64,000 bases of DNA from Candidatus Spongiihabitans sp. (GCF_965247905.1 NZ_OZ252047.1:2073304-2137303), one strand, 5' to 3'. Positions 38,058 through 49,311 are shown, counted from the first letter of the stretch. Numbers and translations: made by a program. Notes: generated by a model from the letters alone, not told the origin.

Positions 38058-39518
38058 CTAACTGGTTTGATAATTCGGCGCTTCCTTGACGATGGAAACA
38101 TCATGCACATGGCTTTCCTTCATGCCCGCATTGGTGATGCGAATAAATTGCGTTTTATGGCGCATATCTTCTATCGTGCCACTGCCGGTATAACCCATGC
38201 TGGCGCGCAGCCCGCCCATCAACTGATGGATAATATTCACCATCGGGCCCTTATAAGGCACGCGCCCTTCAATCCCTTCCGGCACTAATTTATCCGCGCT
38301 ATCGACGCTTTCCTGAAAATACCGATCCTTGGAGCCCTTCTGCATGGCGCCGAGGGAGCCCATGCCCCGATAAGATTTGTAAGAGCGTCCTTGAAATATT
38401 TCGATTTCACCCGGCGATTCATCGGTACCCGCTAAAATACCCCCGACCATCACCGTATTCGCGCCACAAGCGATGCACTTGGCGATATCGCCGGAAAATC
38501 GGATGCCGCCATCCGCAATGAAAGGAACATCCGTTCCCTTTAAGCCTTTAGCAACTTGCTGGAGCGCATGAATCTGCGGCACGCCGACGCCAGCGACAAT
38601 TCGGGTGGTACAAATCGAACCGGGACCAATGCCCACTTTGACCGCATCAGCACCGGCATTGACCAAGTCCCTGGCCGCTTCCGCTGTGGCGATGTTACCG
38701 CCGATCACCTGCATACCGGCGTAAGTTCTTTTAATCATCGCGATCCGATCAAGCACCCCGCGAGAATGACCATGAGCAGTATCCACGACGAGGGCATCGA
38801 CCCCGGCGTTCGCCAGACACTCCACTCTTTCATCCGCATCTTCGCCAACGCCAACCGCCGCGGCTACCAGCAGCCGCCCTTGATCATCCCTGCAAGCATT
38901 GGGGTAATCACTGGATTTTTGAATATCCTTCACGGTCACCAACCCGTTAAGTTCATTGTCGCCGCTCACCACCAAGACTTTCTCGATACGATGTTGATGC
39001 AATAAGCGTTGAATTTCGTCCGAAGATGCGCGCTTACCCACCGTCACCAGATGCTCTTCTGTGGTCATCACTTTATCAACCGGCGTATCCATATTCTTTT
39101 CAAACCTCAAATCACGATTGGTGACGATACCAATGACCTTTCGGCCATCAACCACGGGAACGCCCGATATTGAATACTTTTGCATCAGCTGAAGCACATC
39201 CTTGACCCGAGCGGTTTTTTCCACCGTTACCGGATCGGTGATCACGCCACTCTCGAATTTCTTTACCTGATTGACTTCCTTGGCCTGTAATTGCGGCGTT
39301 AAATTTCTATGAATCACACCCACACCGCCTTGCTGTGCCAGACAAATCGCCGCCTTGGCAGCGGTTACGGTGTCCATAGCCGCAGAAACCAAAGGAATAT
39401 TTATTGTGAGATTGCGGGTAAAGCGGGTTTTTAGATCCGCATCCTGAGGCAGAATTTCAGATTTTGCAGGAACCAACAAAACATCGTCGAAAGTCAGTGC
39501 TAAATCAATGGCTTTCAT
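38058..39518 (-). CDS. guaB: IMP dehydrogenase
   Basis: [12 protein letters not shown] pair, [29 protein letters not shown]. Confidence 0.98.
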   Translation of the reverse strand: MKAIDLALTFDDVLLVPAKSEILPQDADLKTRFTRNLTINIPLVSAAMDTVTAAKAAICLAQQGGVGVIHRNLTPQLQAKEVNQVKKFESGVITDPVTVEKTARVKDVLQLMQKYSISGVPVVDGRKVIGIVTNRDLRFEKNMDTPVDKVMTTEEHLVTVGKRASSDEIQRLLHQHRIEKVLVVSGDNELNGLVTVKDIQKSSDYPNACRDDQGRLLVAAAVGVGEDADERVECLANAGVDALVVDTAHGHSRGVLDRIAMIKRTYAGMQVIGGNIATAEAARDLVNAGADAVKVGIGPGSICTTRIVAGVGVPQIHALQQVAKGLKGTDVPFIADGGIRFSGDIAKCIACGANTVMVGGILAGTDESPGEIEIFQGRSYKSYRGMGSLGAMQKGSKDRYFQESVDSADKLVPEGIEGRVPYKGPMVNIIHQLMGGLRASMGYTGSGTIEDMRHKTQFIRITNAGMKESHVHDVSIVKEAPNYQTS

Positions 39519-39637
39519 CTACGAATTATACAGCATTAAATATCGGTAGAGAAATAGAATCTTTACCCCCTAAAAACCTGCTCATATTGATCGCAAGCGT
39601 TAGCGCGTTTAAGGTGGTCGTCCGCGTACAACAGTTG

Positions 39638-40117
39638 CTACAACAGCCGCAGGATGGTTTCGGCATCGCTGACCTCGAAATTGGCGCCTTGCTCGACGTT
39701 GAGATGAGTGACCACACCGTCGTCAACGATCATGGCGTAGCGTTGCGATCTCACGCCCATGTGCTTCGCGGTCAAGTCCAACTCCAGCCCGACCGCCGCG
39801 GTGAACGCGCCACTGCCATCCGCCAGCATCACGATGTCGTCGGCGTTTTTGTCTGCGCCCCACGCGCCCATCACGAACGCATCGTTGACCGACAGGCAGG
39901 CAATGGCATCGACCCCTTTCGCCACAATGGCATCGTGATGCACCACAAACCCGGGCAAGTGCGCGGCCGAGCAGGTCGGCGTATACGCGCCCGGCAACGC
40001 GAACAACACCACCTTCTTGCCGCCGAAAATTTCATCGGTGGTGGTCTCGGCCGGGCCATCCGCAGTCATGCGCGCCAAGGTCACATTCGGTATTAAGTCA
40101 CCAACTTTAATCGTCAT
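39638..40117 (-). CDS. Peroxiredoxin, Prx5-like
   Basis: ATG at 40117 (MTIKVGD); LPGAYTPTCS..HLPGF, SVNDAFVM, RSQRYAM. Confidence 0.92.
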   Translation of the reverse strand: MTIKVGDLIPNVTLARMTADGPAETTTDEIFGGKKVVLFALPGAYTPTCSAAHLPGFVVHHDAIVAKGVDAIACLSVNDAFVMGAWGADKNADDIVMLADGSGAFTAAVGLELDLTAKHMGVRSQRYAMIVDDGVVTHLNVEQGANFEVSDAETILRLL

Positions 40118-40298
40118 TTCAAATTCTCGCTTAGTGAATACATTGAACAACAGGAGCAACAATAGCCGCTCTCGCAAAACCCGCCTATTCTACACCCCCG
40201 ATTGTTTGTTACAACACAGGCGTAGCCGCAATCGTAGCAGAGACGAGAAGGGATTGCGACCCCCTCTTAACTGTCGGAACATCCTGCACTTCGCCATT

Positions 40299-40334
40299 AA
40301 TCACAACTGGCAATCACAACTGGCAATCACAACT
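40299..40334. repeat. 13-bp tandem repeat, about 2.8 copies, over the stop of the NHase accessory gene
   Basis: aatcacaactggc x2 plus aatcacaact. Confidence 0.85.
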
Positions 40335-40587
40335 CGGTTTTTTCCGCGACGATTTGCTCCAGGGTTTGTTGCCAGAGTCGATAGTATGTATCGCTGTCTT
40401 CAATGGCGTTATGTTGCTCAAACTCGGCGATGTTGCTCGCCAAAAGCGCGGCCCATTCTTTCCACTCGAATAACCCCGATTGATTGAGCTGCACCGCCAT
40501 GGCGAATGTTCGTGCCTGCCACGGTGCGGCAAAGACCAGTTCGCCGTCGGCCCGGGGTTGCCCGGGAATGGGTTCAGGGCGCGACAT
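40327..40587 (-). CDS. Nitrile hydratase accessory (activator/P14K-like) protein
   Basis: ELVFAAPWQARTFAMAV.L...G.F.W.EW, YYRLW..TLE; overlaps the nthB 3' end. Confidence 0.85.
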   Translation of the reverse strand: MSRPEPIPGQPRADGELVFAAPWQARTFAMAVQLNQSGLFEWKEWAALLASNIAEFEQHNAIEDSDTYYRLWQQTLEQIVAEKTEL

Positions 40588-41251
40588 CCACCATCTCCAG
40601 ATAAGGCTCGAACAGATCGACATACACCGCGGTATTCCCTTCTGCGTCCGCTTCGCCCCAAAGCTCGTGGGCTTCAAAACGAACGTTATAAAGATGTTTC
40701 GGTTGTTTTTCGCCGCTTGCCGCGTGCTGGTCCGGGAAAACATGCGCACCGTGATGGAACACAATCACCCCTTCGCGTCCTCGCGTGTAGCGCGGCGCGC
40801 GGGTATGGGATTTGGGCGTGCCATTTCGCGCCCTGACGCGCGCGCCGCTGATAAACCGGGGTGCGGCTTCAGCAGGTAAAATGGTCGGTGCGCCTTGGCC
40901 CAGAATTTCCGCCACGCGCTCAACCGTAACCGCTTGCAACCGCCCCTTGCCCGTCGCTTTGCCGCTTTGTAGCTCGGCCGTGCTGAGCAAACCGCGTTCG
41001 ACCAGCAGTCGTTCCAGGCCATCGAGCCAGTGTTCATAATAGGTGCTGGCAAGATAATGCGCCGGCCGCATTTGCTCGCGGGCGAAGCGCGTCTGGTCGA
41101 GATTCCACTGGCCCAACATGCCGCAAGCCAGAGTCATGCCGAATACCGTTGCCTCCCATTCATTGGGAAATAGCGCGCTCTGCCCATCACCAATAAACAT
41201 GTCGTCAATCGCGCCAAACCCGCATCGCCCACCGAGGTCATGTGCCTTCAT
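40574..41251 (-). CDS. nthB: Nitrile hydratase beta subunit
   Basis: HDLGG..GFG, WNLD..RFAREQM.P..YL..TYYEHWL, HTRAPRY.RG..G, YNVRF...ELWG, VDLFEPYL. Confidence 0.95.
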   Translation of the reverse strand: MKAHDLGGRCGFGAIDDMFIGDGQSALFPNEWEATVFGMTLACGMLGQWNLDQTRFAREQMRPAHYLASTYYEHWLDGLERLLVERGLLSTAELQSGKATGKGRLQAVTVERVAEILGQGAPTILPAEAAPRFISGARVRARNGTPKSHTRAPRYTRGREGVIVFHHGAHVFPDQHAASGEKQPKHLYNVRFEAHELWGEADAEGNTAVYVDLFEPYLEMVDVAP

Positions 41252-41252
41252 T

Positions 41253-41876
41253 TCAGGCGTTCACCGGGTCGGCCAAGGGCGCGTCGAGCACCGCTACGCC
41301 AATCATCGAATCGCGGGTGACCAGGCGTGCCAGTTGCTGCGCGCTCAGGTTTTCGCTGCCGCGCGGTCTTCGCGGCAACACCAGATAGCGGATTTCCGCG
41401 GTGGAATCCCAAACCCGCACTTCAACGTCGCGCTCAAGAACAATGCCGAATTCGGCCAGCACCGCACGCGGCTCACGCACTGCCCTGGCGCGGTAGCTCG
41501 ACACCTTGTACCAGATTGGCGGCAGGCCGAGCACCGGCCATGGATAGCAGGAACACAGCGTACACACCACCATGTTGTGCACCTGCTCGGTGTTTTCCAC
41601 AACCCGCATGTGCTCTCCCTGGCGGCCGGCATAGCCGATTTCCATGATTGCATCGGTGGCATCCGCAAGCAAGCGCTGTTTGTATTTCGCATCAGTCCAG
41701 GCTCTGGCAACGACCTGCGCGCCGTTCTTGGGGCCGACCCGGTTTTCATAGGTATCGACCAATTCGTCCATCGCTGCGGCCTCCACCAGCCCTTTTTCGA
41801 TCAACAAATTTTCCAACGACTTGACCCGCGCCTCGATGTCGCCATCGGGGTCATGGGGATGATTGTGTTCGCTCAT
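41253..41876 (-). CDS. nthA: Cobalt-type nitrile hydratase alpha subunit (ATG 41876)
   Basis: Metal motif [10 protein letters not shown] (Thr and Tyr indicate Co-type), [32 protein letters not shown]. Confidence 0.95.
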   Translation of the reverse strand: MSEHNHPHDPDGDIEARVKSLENLLIEKGLVEAAAMDELVDTYENRVGPKNGAQVVARAWTDAKYKQRLLADATDAIMEIGYAGRQGEHMRVVENTEQVHNMVVCTLCSCYPWPVLGLPPIWYKVSSYRARAVREPRAVLAEFGIVLERDVEVRVWDSTAEIRYLVLPRRPRGSENLSAQQLARLVTRDSMIGVAVLDAPLADPVNA

Positions 41877-41911
41877 GGGGTTCGCCTCTTGTTCAAGGTT
41901 TGTTCGCAAGC

Positions 41912-43303
41912 TCACAAATACCAACTGCTCTCGCTGGGATCGCTTTCGGTGAAAGCCTGGTATTCTTTCAACTTGCAACTGCTGTATGCATTCAGGTACC
42001 GCTGGCCGAAATAGTCGGGCAGGATCTTGCCGCGGCGGCATTTCTCGAAGGCGCTTTGCGCATCGAACGGCATCCCCTCGTGCAGTTGCTGGCCAGCATT
42101 TCCCGAGGTCGGTTGACCCGCATCAATGTGGTTGCTGAGGCCATGGTGAATACCGACCAGCAATGCCGCCAGAGTCAAATAGGGATTGGCATCAGCACCG
42201 GCCACGCGGTGTTCGATACGCTGTGCGCTACCCGGACTTTTGGGGATGCGCATCGCCACCGAGCGGTTCTCGAAACCCCAACTCGGGCTCACCGGCACAT
42301 AACTGTTGGCGACGAAGCGCCGATAGGAATTGACGTTGGGGGCGAATATCGCCATCGATTCGGCCATGGTTTGCTTAAGCCCGCCGATGGCGTGCCTGAG
42401 TTGCGCGCTGGCGCAAGCGCGTGTGCCGTAGCGATCATCATGCCCGCCATCGAATACGTTTTCTCCATCGTCGTTGAGCAAGCTGATATGCAAGTGCAGC
42501 CCGCTGCCGGCGCGCGCCGCATAAGGCTTGGCCATGAATGTGGCTTGCAGTTGGTGTTTTCTGGCGACGCACTGCACCGCGCGGCGAAATAGTACGCATT
42601 GATCGGCCGCTGCGAGTGGTTGGTCGCTGTGGCGCAGGTTGATCTCGAACTGGCCGGGCGCGTATTCGGCCGAGATTGCGCCGGTGGCAATGCCTTGTTG
42701 CGCGCACGCCTCGCTCACCGCGTGCAGGTAGTGACTGAAATCTTCGATGTGGTCGATGCTGTAAACCTGAGTGGCTTCGCTTCGCTGCCCGCTTAACGGC
42801 GAGCGCGGCGGCTGAATGCGCTCGCCGTTGTCGTGCGTCGGGTCGAGCAGATAGAACTCCAGTTCAAACGCCACCACCGGGCGCAACCCCATCTCGCCGA
42901 AGCGCGCCAACACGCGCGCCAGCACATTGCGCGGCTCAAAGTAATACGGTGCGCCGCCCAAACTCTGCAGGGTCAACATCACTTGCGCGGTGGGATATCT
43001 CGCCCACGCAACCGGCGCCAGGGTGCCGTCGATGGGAATGGCGACTTCGTCCGGGTCGCCGTCGGAAAACCCCAGTCCCTCTGGATCATGCGAATCGCCG
43101 GTGACTGCCAGCAAAACCGACGAACCGGGCAACATCATGCCGTCGCTGAAAATCTTGTCCGCCAGATCAATCGGGTAACGCTTGCCGCGCATCACGCACG
43201 ACAAGTCGCACAGCATTGCGTCGACATACTGCGTGTCCGGATGGCGCTTCAAGTATTGCCTAAAGTCTGGATTAGGGAGCGGGTCGGTCACGGCGCTAGC
43301 CAC
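41912..43303 (-). CDS. Glutamine synthetase-family ligase (gamma-glutamylputrescine synthetase PuuA-like)
   Basis: [32 protein letters not shown]...[37 protein letters not shown]. Confidence 0.88.
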   Translation of the reverse strand: MASAVTDPLPNPDFRQYLKRHPDTQYVDAMLCDLSCVMRGKRYPIDLADKIFSDGMMLPGSSVLLAVTGDSHDPEGLGFSDGDPDEVAIPIDGTLAPVAWARYPTAQVMLTLQSLGGAPYYFEPRNVLARVLARFGEMGLRPVVAFELEFYLLDPTHDNGERIQPPRSPLSGQRSEATQVYSIDHIEDFSHYLHAVSEACAQQGIATGAISAEYAPGQFEINLRHSDQPLAAADQCVLFRRAVQCVARKHQLQATFMAKPYAARAGSGLHLHISLLNDDGENVFDGGHDDRYGTRACASAQLRHAIGGLKQTMAESMAIFAPNVNSYRRFVANSYVPVSPSWGFENRSVAMRIPKSPGSAQRIEHRVAGADANPYLTLAALLVGIHHGLSNHIDAGQPTSGNAGQQLHEGMPFDAQSAFEKCRRGKILPDYFGQRYLNAYSSCKLKEYQAFTESDPSESSWYL

Positions 43304-44198
43304 TGTGCGCGGCGAGTTTGTATTCGCGGCGGGCGATGAACACGCCGCTACCGACCACGATGCCGGTGCCCAGCAATGTGGTCAGGGACAGCACTTCGCC
43401 GTACAGCAAGAAGCCGATGATGATGGCCCAGACCAGCACGAAGTAGTTGAACGGCTGCAGGATGACCGCCGGCGCCAGCGCCAGGGATTTGATCAACAGC
43501 AAGTGGCCGATGATGGACGTGGTGCTGATGACCAGCAGCCAGACGGCTTCGGCGGCGGCGAGCGGGCGCCAGTAAAATGGCGCGATGAGCATGGCGCCGG
43601 CGAAGCCGACCACGCCCAGGTAGAGCAGCGAGGTCTCGAACGAATCGTAGCGCGAGACCAGGCGCGTCAGCACATTATAGACAGCGAACATCAGCGCCGA
43701 GGCGAGCGCGATGAGCGCGGCTGGCTGGAACACTCCGCTGTCGGGGCGCAGGATGATCAGCGTGCCGATGAAGCCGACCATGACCGCGAGCCAGCGACGC
43801 CAGCCAACGGATTCGCCCAACAGCGGCACCGACAGCGCGGTGATCAGCAGCGGGAAGCACGCGAACAGGGTATGCATTTCAGCCAGCCCGAGAAACTGAA
43901 TGGCATAGGCGAACATAATAATTTCACCGGACAACAGTAGCCCGCGGGCAATCTGCAGCCACGGCCGTTGTGAACGAAATGCCGCGGCAATGCCGCCTTT
44001 GATGTCGGTGCCGCGGCCGACATAAACCAGCGCGAACAACGCGAAAAAGAAAAACCGCACGGCCACAATCTGCGACGCCGGCAGGGTTTGCACCAGATGC
44101 TTGGTCAAGGCATCCTGCCAGGCGAAAAACAACGTGGCGATTACCAGCATGACGATCGCCCTAACGGTCGGGTCCGACCAGTCACGAGCGCCACTCAT
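43296..44198 (-). CDS. DMT/EamA-family transporter (ATG 44198 preferred)
   Basis: Ten hydrophobic segments, LLGESVGWRRW.AV.VGF.G.LIILRP, PFNYF.LVW; stop overlaps the PuuA-like start. Confidence 0.88.
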   Translation of the reverse strand: MSGARDWSDPTVRAIVMLVIATLFFAWQDALTKHLVQTLPASQIVAVRFFFFALFALVYVGRGTDIKGGIAAAFRSQRPWLQIARGLLLSGEIIMFAYAIQFLGLAEMHTLFACFPLLITALSVPLLGESVGWRRWLAVMVGFIGTLIILRPDSGVFQPAALIALASALMFAVYNVLTRLVSRYDSFETSLLYLGVVGFAGAMLIAPFYWRPLAAAEAVWLLVISTTSIIGHLLLIKSLALAPAVILQPFNYFVLVWAIIIGFLLYGEVLSLTTLLGTGIVVGSGVFIARREYKLAAHSG

Positions 44199-44347
44199 AT
44201 CGTTTTTGTCATGATGAAAAAATCGGCTGTTGTTGAATGTGAAGTTGAATGTGAAGTTAAATCCCAAATGGAATACGACGACTAAACAGTCTAATCAATC
44301 CGCCCGATACACGCAACGGCATCCACCATCATTCCGTCCCCCGCCTC

Positions 44348-44495
44348 GTCATTCCTGCGGAAGCAGGAATCCAGTTGATCATCCGTCCCGCGTAGCGGGA
44401 CACATCACCGACGTGGTGTGGTGTGGCGACGCGGTCACGGTGGTGCGGCTAAAGCCGCGCAGGTCTTACTGGATTCCTGCTTCCGCAGGAATGAC
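44348..44495. repeat. REPIN-like unit: two 27-bp REP-like hairpins in perfect inverted orientation
   Basis: gtcattcctgcggaagcaggaatccag (44348-44374) and its exact reverse complement (44469-44495). Confidence 0.9.
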
Positions 44496-44672
44496 GGCGG
44501 GGGTGGCGAAGGCGGTGACGGCGTAACACCACCGCCGTTGGCATCGTCACCGTCGTCTCGACCGCGACGACAACCGCGACCGCCGCCGTGGTCGGCCGAT
44601 TTTTGCTCCTGCAAAATCGGCACTTCCGCCATCCCTGGCGGTCGTGTCCCACTGCGCGGTACGAATGTTTCA

Positions 44673-44796
44673 CTGGATTGCGCGTATCGTCCCTGATACG
44701 CGTTCTGGCGAACTCGCTGCGCTCGCGAAAAATCGCTCCTGGCGATTTTTTCCAACTCCTGTTTTCACAGGGGTGACGTTCTTTAGTTGGAATGAC
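44673..44796. repeat. REP-like hairpin interrupted by a ~71-bp mini-element (44680-44750)
   Basis: ctggatt [insert] tccaac...gttggaatgac; insert is similar to 53903-53973. Confidence 0.75.
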
Positions 44797-44845
44797 GACG
44801 GGGGGTGTGAAGGGCGGGAATGACGGCGGCCTAGCGTCCCCGCCC

Positions 44846-44875
44846 GTCATTATCGGGCTTGACCCGATAATCCAG
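44846..44875. repeat. REP-like hairpin of the same GTCATT...AATCCAG family
   Basis: gtc-attatcggg-cttga-cccgataat-ccag. Confidence 0.85.
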
Positions 44876-45196
44876 TGAAAAACCCAGCGGCGGCAGCCGC
44901 TGACATTACCTGGCAGCGGGGCCGGCGCTCGCTCAACTGCGGGCCGGTTTTGCTTCTGCCAAACCTCGCCTGCCGCAGCCGGTCATGCTCATCCGTCATT
45001 TTCGCATGTGTTCACTCATGCGCTGACAGTATTGTAATGGCGGGAAGAGGTGCCAACGGTTTCTGAACTTACGCCGGCGGTCTTAATGCGGGCGGCGGCA
45101 TCTATCCGATATTGAACTTTTGTCGATTTTTGAGGTATTTCAAATTGATGTTACACTGCCACTCATATTTAATAAAACTAACAATGTATAGGGTTT

Positions 45197-47884
45197 ATGT
45201 CCAGTAACGAGACGCACACCGACACCGATGCGACCGAAACCAGTGAATGGCTTGATGCGCTTTCGTCGGTCATCGAAACACAGGGGCACGAACGCGCGCA
45301 TTTCTTGATTGAATCGCTTATTGATACGGCGCGTCGGTCTGGCGCCCATATCCCGTATCGAGCCAATACTGCTTATTTAAATACTATCCCGGTTCATCAG
45401 GAACAGCCCAGTCCTGGGGATCACGGCCTGGAAAGGCGAATTCGCGCGCTGATTCGCTGGAATGCGATGGCCATGGTGGTCAGAGCGAACCGCATCTCGT
45501 CCGAGTTGGGCGGACACATTGCCAGTTTTGCGTCTGCCGCCACTCTTTATGACGTTGGATTTAATCATTTCTGGCGGGCCAGCGTGTCTGGACAAGACGG
45601 TGCCGAACATTTGGGCGATATGCTGTTTATTCAGGGACATTCTGCGCCGGGAATTTATGCACGCGCCTATCTGGAACGACGGTTGAACAAAGAAGATCTG
45701 AGATTATTTCGCCAAGAAGTGGATGGCGCTGGTCTGTCCTCCTACCCCCACCCCTGGTTGATGCCGGACTTCTGGCAATTTCCCACGGTCTCTATGGGGC
45801 TCGGTCCGATTATGGCGATCTATCAGGCGCGTTATATGAAGTATTTGCATAATCGTGGATTGATTGACGCCAAGGATCGGAAGGTATGGGCATTTCTTGG
45901 TGATGGCGAAATGGATGAACCTGAATCCACCGGTGCGCTTGCGATTGCTGGCCGGGAAAACCTGGACAACCTGATTTTTGTAGTCAACTGCAACCTGCAA
46001 CGGCTGGATGGGCCGGTGCGCGGCAATGGAAAAATTATTCAGGAGTTGGAACGCGATTTCCGTGGTGCTGGCTGGAATGTGATCAAGGTAATTTGGGGAG
46101 GGTATTGGGACAAATTGTTACAGCGCGACGACAAAGGATTACTCAAGCAACGTATGGAGGAAGCGGTTGATGGCGAGTATCAAGCTTTTAAAGCCAATGA
46201 CGGTGCCTATGTGCGGGAAAAATTCTTTGGTGCCAACCCTGAATTAAAAGCAATGGTCGCCAATATGACCGACGACGATATTTGGCGGTTGAATCGGGGC
46301 GGACACGACCCGCATAAAATCTACGCCGCCTATCATGTCGCAACCCGGCATAGCGGTCAGCCAACAGTGATTCTGGCGAAAACCGTAAAAGGTTATGGCA
46401 TGGGTGAAGCCGGCGAGGGGCAGAACACCACGCACCAACAAAAGAAAATGGGGGAAGAATCCCTGCTGGCATTTCGCGATCGTTTTAATATTCCCTTGAC
46501 CGATGAAGAAGTCGCCAAAGCGCCGTTTTATCGCCCGGAAAAAGACTCGGCAGAGACCCAATACTTACTGGCTCATCGAGAAAAATTAGGCGGATTTCTA
46601 CCGGCACGCCGAAGTCTGAGCGCGCCAGCACTTAAATTGCCGGCGCTGTCAATTTTTAAATCTCAGTTGGAGGGCACCGGTGCTCGAGAAATTTCCACCA
46701 CCATGTCATTCGTGCGCATCCTCTCCGCTCTGGTGCGAAACAAGGAACTTAAAAATATTATTGTTCCAATCATCCCCGATGAATCACGCACCTTTGGCAT
46801 GGAGGGCATGTTTCGGCAATTGGGAATTTATTCTCCCAAAGGGCAGTTATATGAGCCGGTGGATTCCGAGCAGTTGATGTTTTACCGCGAAGATAAAAAT
46901 GGGCAAGTGCTGCAGGAGGGCATCAATGAAGCGGGCGCCATGTCATCGTGGATTGCGGCCGGCACGGCCTATAGCAATCATGATATATACACCATCCCGT
47001 TTTACATTCTCTATTCCATGTTCGGCTTTCAGCGTATCGGTGATTTATGTTGGGCCGCTGGCGATAGCAGAGCGCGCGGATTCATCATGGGCGGCACCGC
47101 CGGGCGAACCACGCTGGCGGGTGAAGGTCTGCAACACCAGGACGGGCATAGCTTAATCCTGGCGGCAACGGTGCCCAATTGTATTTCCTACGATCCGACT
47201 TATTGCTACGAGTTGGCAGTCATCATCCACGATGGTATGCGGCGCATGTATCAGCAGCAGGAAAGCGTTTATTACTACATTACCGTAATGAATGAAAACT
47301 ACACCCACCCTGAAATGCCAAAAAATGCTAATGAGGGCATTCTGCGCGGCATGTATTTACTCAAGCAGGTGGGTAAAAAGAAAAATAAAAACAAAGTGCA
47401 ATTGCTGGGCAGCGGCACCATATTAAGGGAGGTCGAAGCTGCCGCACAAATGCTGGATACAGAATTTAGCATTAGCGCGGACCTTTGGAGCGTGACCAGT
47501 TTCAATGAATTAACCCGTAACGGGCAGGATGTGGAGCGTTACAATCGGCTGCATCCCGATGAAAATCCGAAACAAAATTATGTGGAAATGTGCTTGGGAA
47601 ACACCGAAGGCCCGGTGATTGCCGCAACCGATTATATGCGATTGTATGCCGAGCAAATTCGCGCCTTCGTGCCGCGCCAGTATTATGTGCTGGGCACCGA
47701 CGGTTACGGCCGCAGCGACACCCGCCAGCAGTTGCGAAAATTCTTTGAGGTGGATCGTCATCATGTGACGGTGTGTGCATTGAAAGCGCTGGCCGACCAG
47801 GAAGCCGTAACCAATCAACAAGTTGAACAAGCCATCGCCAAGTATGGCATCGACCCGGAAAAACCCAACCCGGTAACGGTGTGA
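45197..47884 (+). CDS. aceE: Pyruvate dehydrogenase E1 (homodimeric)
   Basis: GGHIASFAS, YPHPWLMPDFWQFPTVSMGLGP, GDGEMDEPES, GRTTLAGEGLQHQDG, LGTDGYGRSD. Confidence 0.98.
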   Translation: MSSNETHTDTDATETSEWLDALSSVIETQGHERAHFLIESLIDTARRSGAHIPYRANTAYLNTIPVHQEQPSPGDHGLERRIRALIRWNAMAMVVRANRISSELGGHIASFASAATLYDVGFNHFWRASVSGQDGAEHLGDMLFIQGHSAPGIYARAYLERRLNKEDLRLFRQEVDGAGLSSYPHPWLMPDFWQFPTVSMGLGPIMAIYQARYMKYLHNRGLIDAKDRKVWAFLGDGEMDEPESTGALAIAGRENLDNLIFVVNCNLQRLDGPVRGNGKIIQELERDFRGAGWNVIKVIWGGYWDKLLQRDDKGLLKQRMEEAVDGEYQAFKANDGAYVREKFFGANPELKAMVANMTDDDIWRLNRGGHDPHKIYAAYHVATRHSGQPTVILAKTVKGYGMGEAGEGQNTTHQQKKMGEESLLAFRDRFNIPLTDEEVAKAPFYRPEKDSAETQYLLAHREKLGGFLPARRSLSAPALKLPALSIFKSQLEGTGAREISTTMSFVRILSALVRNKELKNIIVPIIPDESRTFGMEGMFRQLGIYSPKGQLYEPVDSEQLMFYREDKNGQVLQEGINEAGAMSSWIAAGTAYSNHDIYTIPFYILYSMFGFQRIGDLCWAAGDSRARGFIMGGTAGRTTLAGEGLQHQDGHSLILAATVPNCISYDPTYCYELAVIIHDGMRRMYQQQESVYYYITVMNENYTHPEMPKNANEGILRGMYLLKQVGKKKNKNKVQLLGSGTILREVEAAAQMLDTEFSISADLWSVTSFNELTRNGQDVERYNRLHPDENPKQNYVEMCLGNTEGPVIAATDYMRLYAEQIRAFVPRQYYVLGTDGYGRSDTRQQLRKFFEVDRHHVTVCALKALADQEAVTNQQVEQAIAKYGIDPEKPNPVTV

Positions 47885-47893
47885 TAAAAATCA

Positions 47894-49264
47894 ATGGCTG
47901 AAGTAAAGGTTCCAGATATTGGTGATTTCGATGCGGTTGAAATCATTGAAATTTTGGTGAATATTGGGGATACGGTTGCCGCAGAAGACCCGTTGCTGAC
48001 CCTGGAAAGCGACAAGGCGACCATGGACATTCCGGCGCCGGGCAAGGGTACCATCACCGCTATTAGTGTTGCCGTTGGCGATAGCGTATCCGAAGGCATG
48101 GTGATCATGCACATTGATACTGTCGGCGATACTGTCGGCGAAGTTGCTGACCCAGCACTTCAAAAGCAGGAAGCTCAAAAGCCAGCCGAAAAAGAAGTCC
48201 AAACAGCCGACATTAAACAACCCGCTAATGCGGTTGTGGAAACGCTGGTAACTCAAGTACATTCTCCGGCACACTCCCCGGCTTCCATCTCGCCCGCTGC
48301 AATGGAAAAATCCGACGGCGCACTTCATTCCAATCGGCTACATTCCAACCCGCCTCATGCCAGCCCGGGGGTACGCAGGTTTGCCAGAGAACTTGGTGCA
48401 GATTTAGGTCAAATCGGCGGTAGCGGGCCGAAAGCGCGCATCCTTAAACAGGATGTCATCGCCTGGGTTAAATCATGCGTCAAACAAAAACTCTCATCGC
48501 CAACCCCCGCCAGTGAAACCACCGGCGCTGGAATCCCGCCCATACCTGAAGTCGATTTCTCCCAGTTTGGAGAAATTGAAACCATTAAGTTATCCCGGAT
48601 TAAAAAATTATCCGGTCCCCACCTGCAACGCGCTTGGTTAAATATTCCGCATGTTACGCATCATGATGAAGCCGATATTACCGAACTCGAGCAGTTTAGA
48701 AAGTCGTTAAAAAACGAAGCGGAAAAAGACGGCATACGAATCACATTGCTGTCATTCGTAATGAAAGCAATGGTTGGCGCGCTAAAAAAATATCCGAATG
48801 TCAATGCATCCCTTGCGGTCAACGGCGAGGAACTAATATTAAAAAAATATTACAACATCGGCATAGCGGTGGACACACCCAATGGACTTGTAGTCCCGGT
48901 AGTCCAGGATGTCGATCGAAAAAGTGTTTTTGATTTGGCGCGAGAGATGGCCGACATTAGCCAACGATCGCGCGCCGGGAAACTAAAACCTGATGACCTT
49001 AAAGGCGGATGCATCAGTATTTCCAGTTTGGGCGGCATTGGCGGAAGCGCTTTTACACCTATCGTCAACGCGCCGGAAGTCGCTATCCTCGGCGTCTCAA
49101 GGGCGAAGATGATGCCGCTGTGGAATGGAGAATCATTCGACCCCCGACTAATCTTGCCGCTGGATTTATCTTACGATCATCGCGTCATTGATGGGGCGGA
49201 AGCGGCCAGATTTGTCGCCTATCTCACTCAATCTTTTGGGGATGTCCGCAGACTATCTCTGTAA
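47894..49264 (+). CDS. aceF: Dihydrolipoamide acetyltransferase E2 with one lipoyl domain
   Basis: LESDKAT lipoyl site, HASPGVRRFARELG, catalytic SYDHRVIDGA. Confidence 0.97.
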   Translation: MAEVKVPDIGDFDAVEIIEILVNIGDTVAAEDPLLTLESDKATMDIPAPGKGTITAISVAVGDSVSEGMVIMHIDTVGDTVGEVADPALQKQEAQKPAEKEVQTADIKQPANAVVETLVTQVHSPAHSPASISPAAMEKSDGALHSNRLHSNPPHASPGVRRFARELGADLGQIGGSGPKARILKQDVIAWVKSCVKQKLSSPTPASETTGAGIPPIPEVDFSQFGEIETIKLSRIKKLSGPHLQRAWLNIPHVTHHDEADITELEQFRKSLKNEAEKDGIRITLLSFVMKAMVGALKKYPNVNASLAVNGEELILKKYYNIGIAVDTPNGLVVPVVQDVDRKSVFDLAREMADISQRSRAGKLKPDDLKGGCISISSLGGIGGSAFTPIVNAPEVAILGVSRAKMMPLWNGESFDPRLILPLDLSYDHRVIDGAEAARFVAYLTQSFGDVRRLSL

Positions 49265-49311
49265 GCCCTGTCTCTATAAGATAAGTGCCAATTTGTTAGC
49301 AGCCCTTATTT

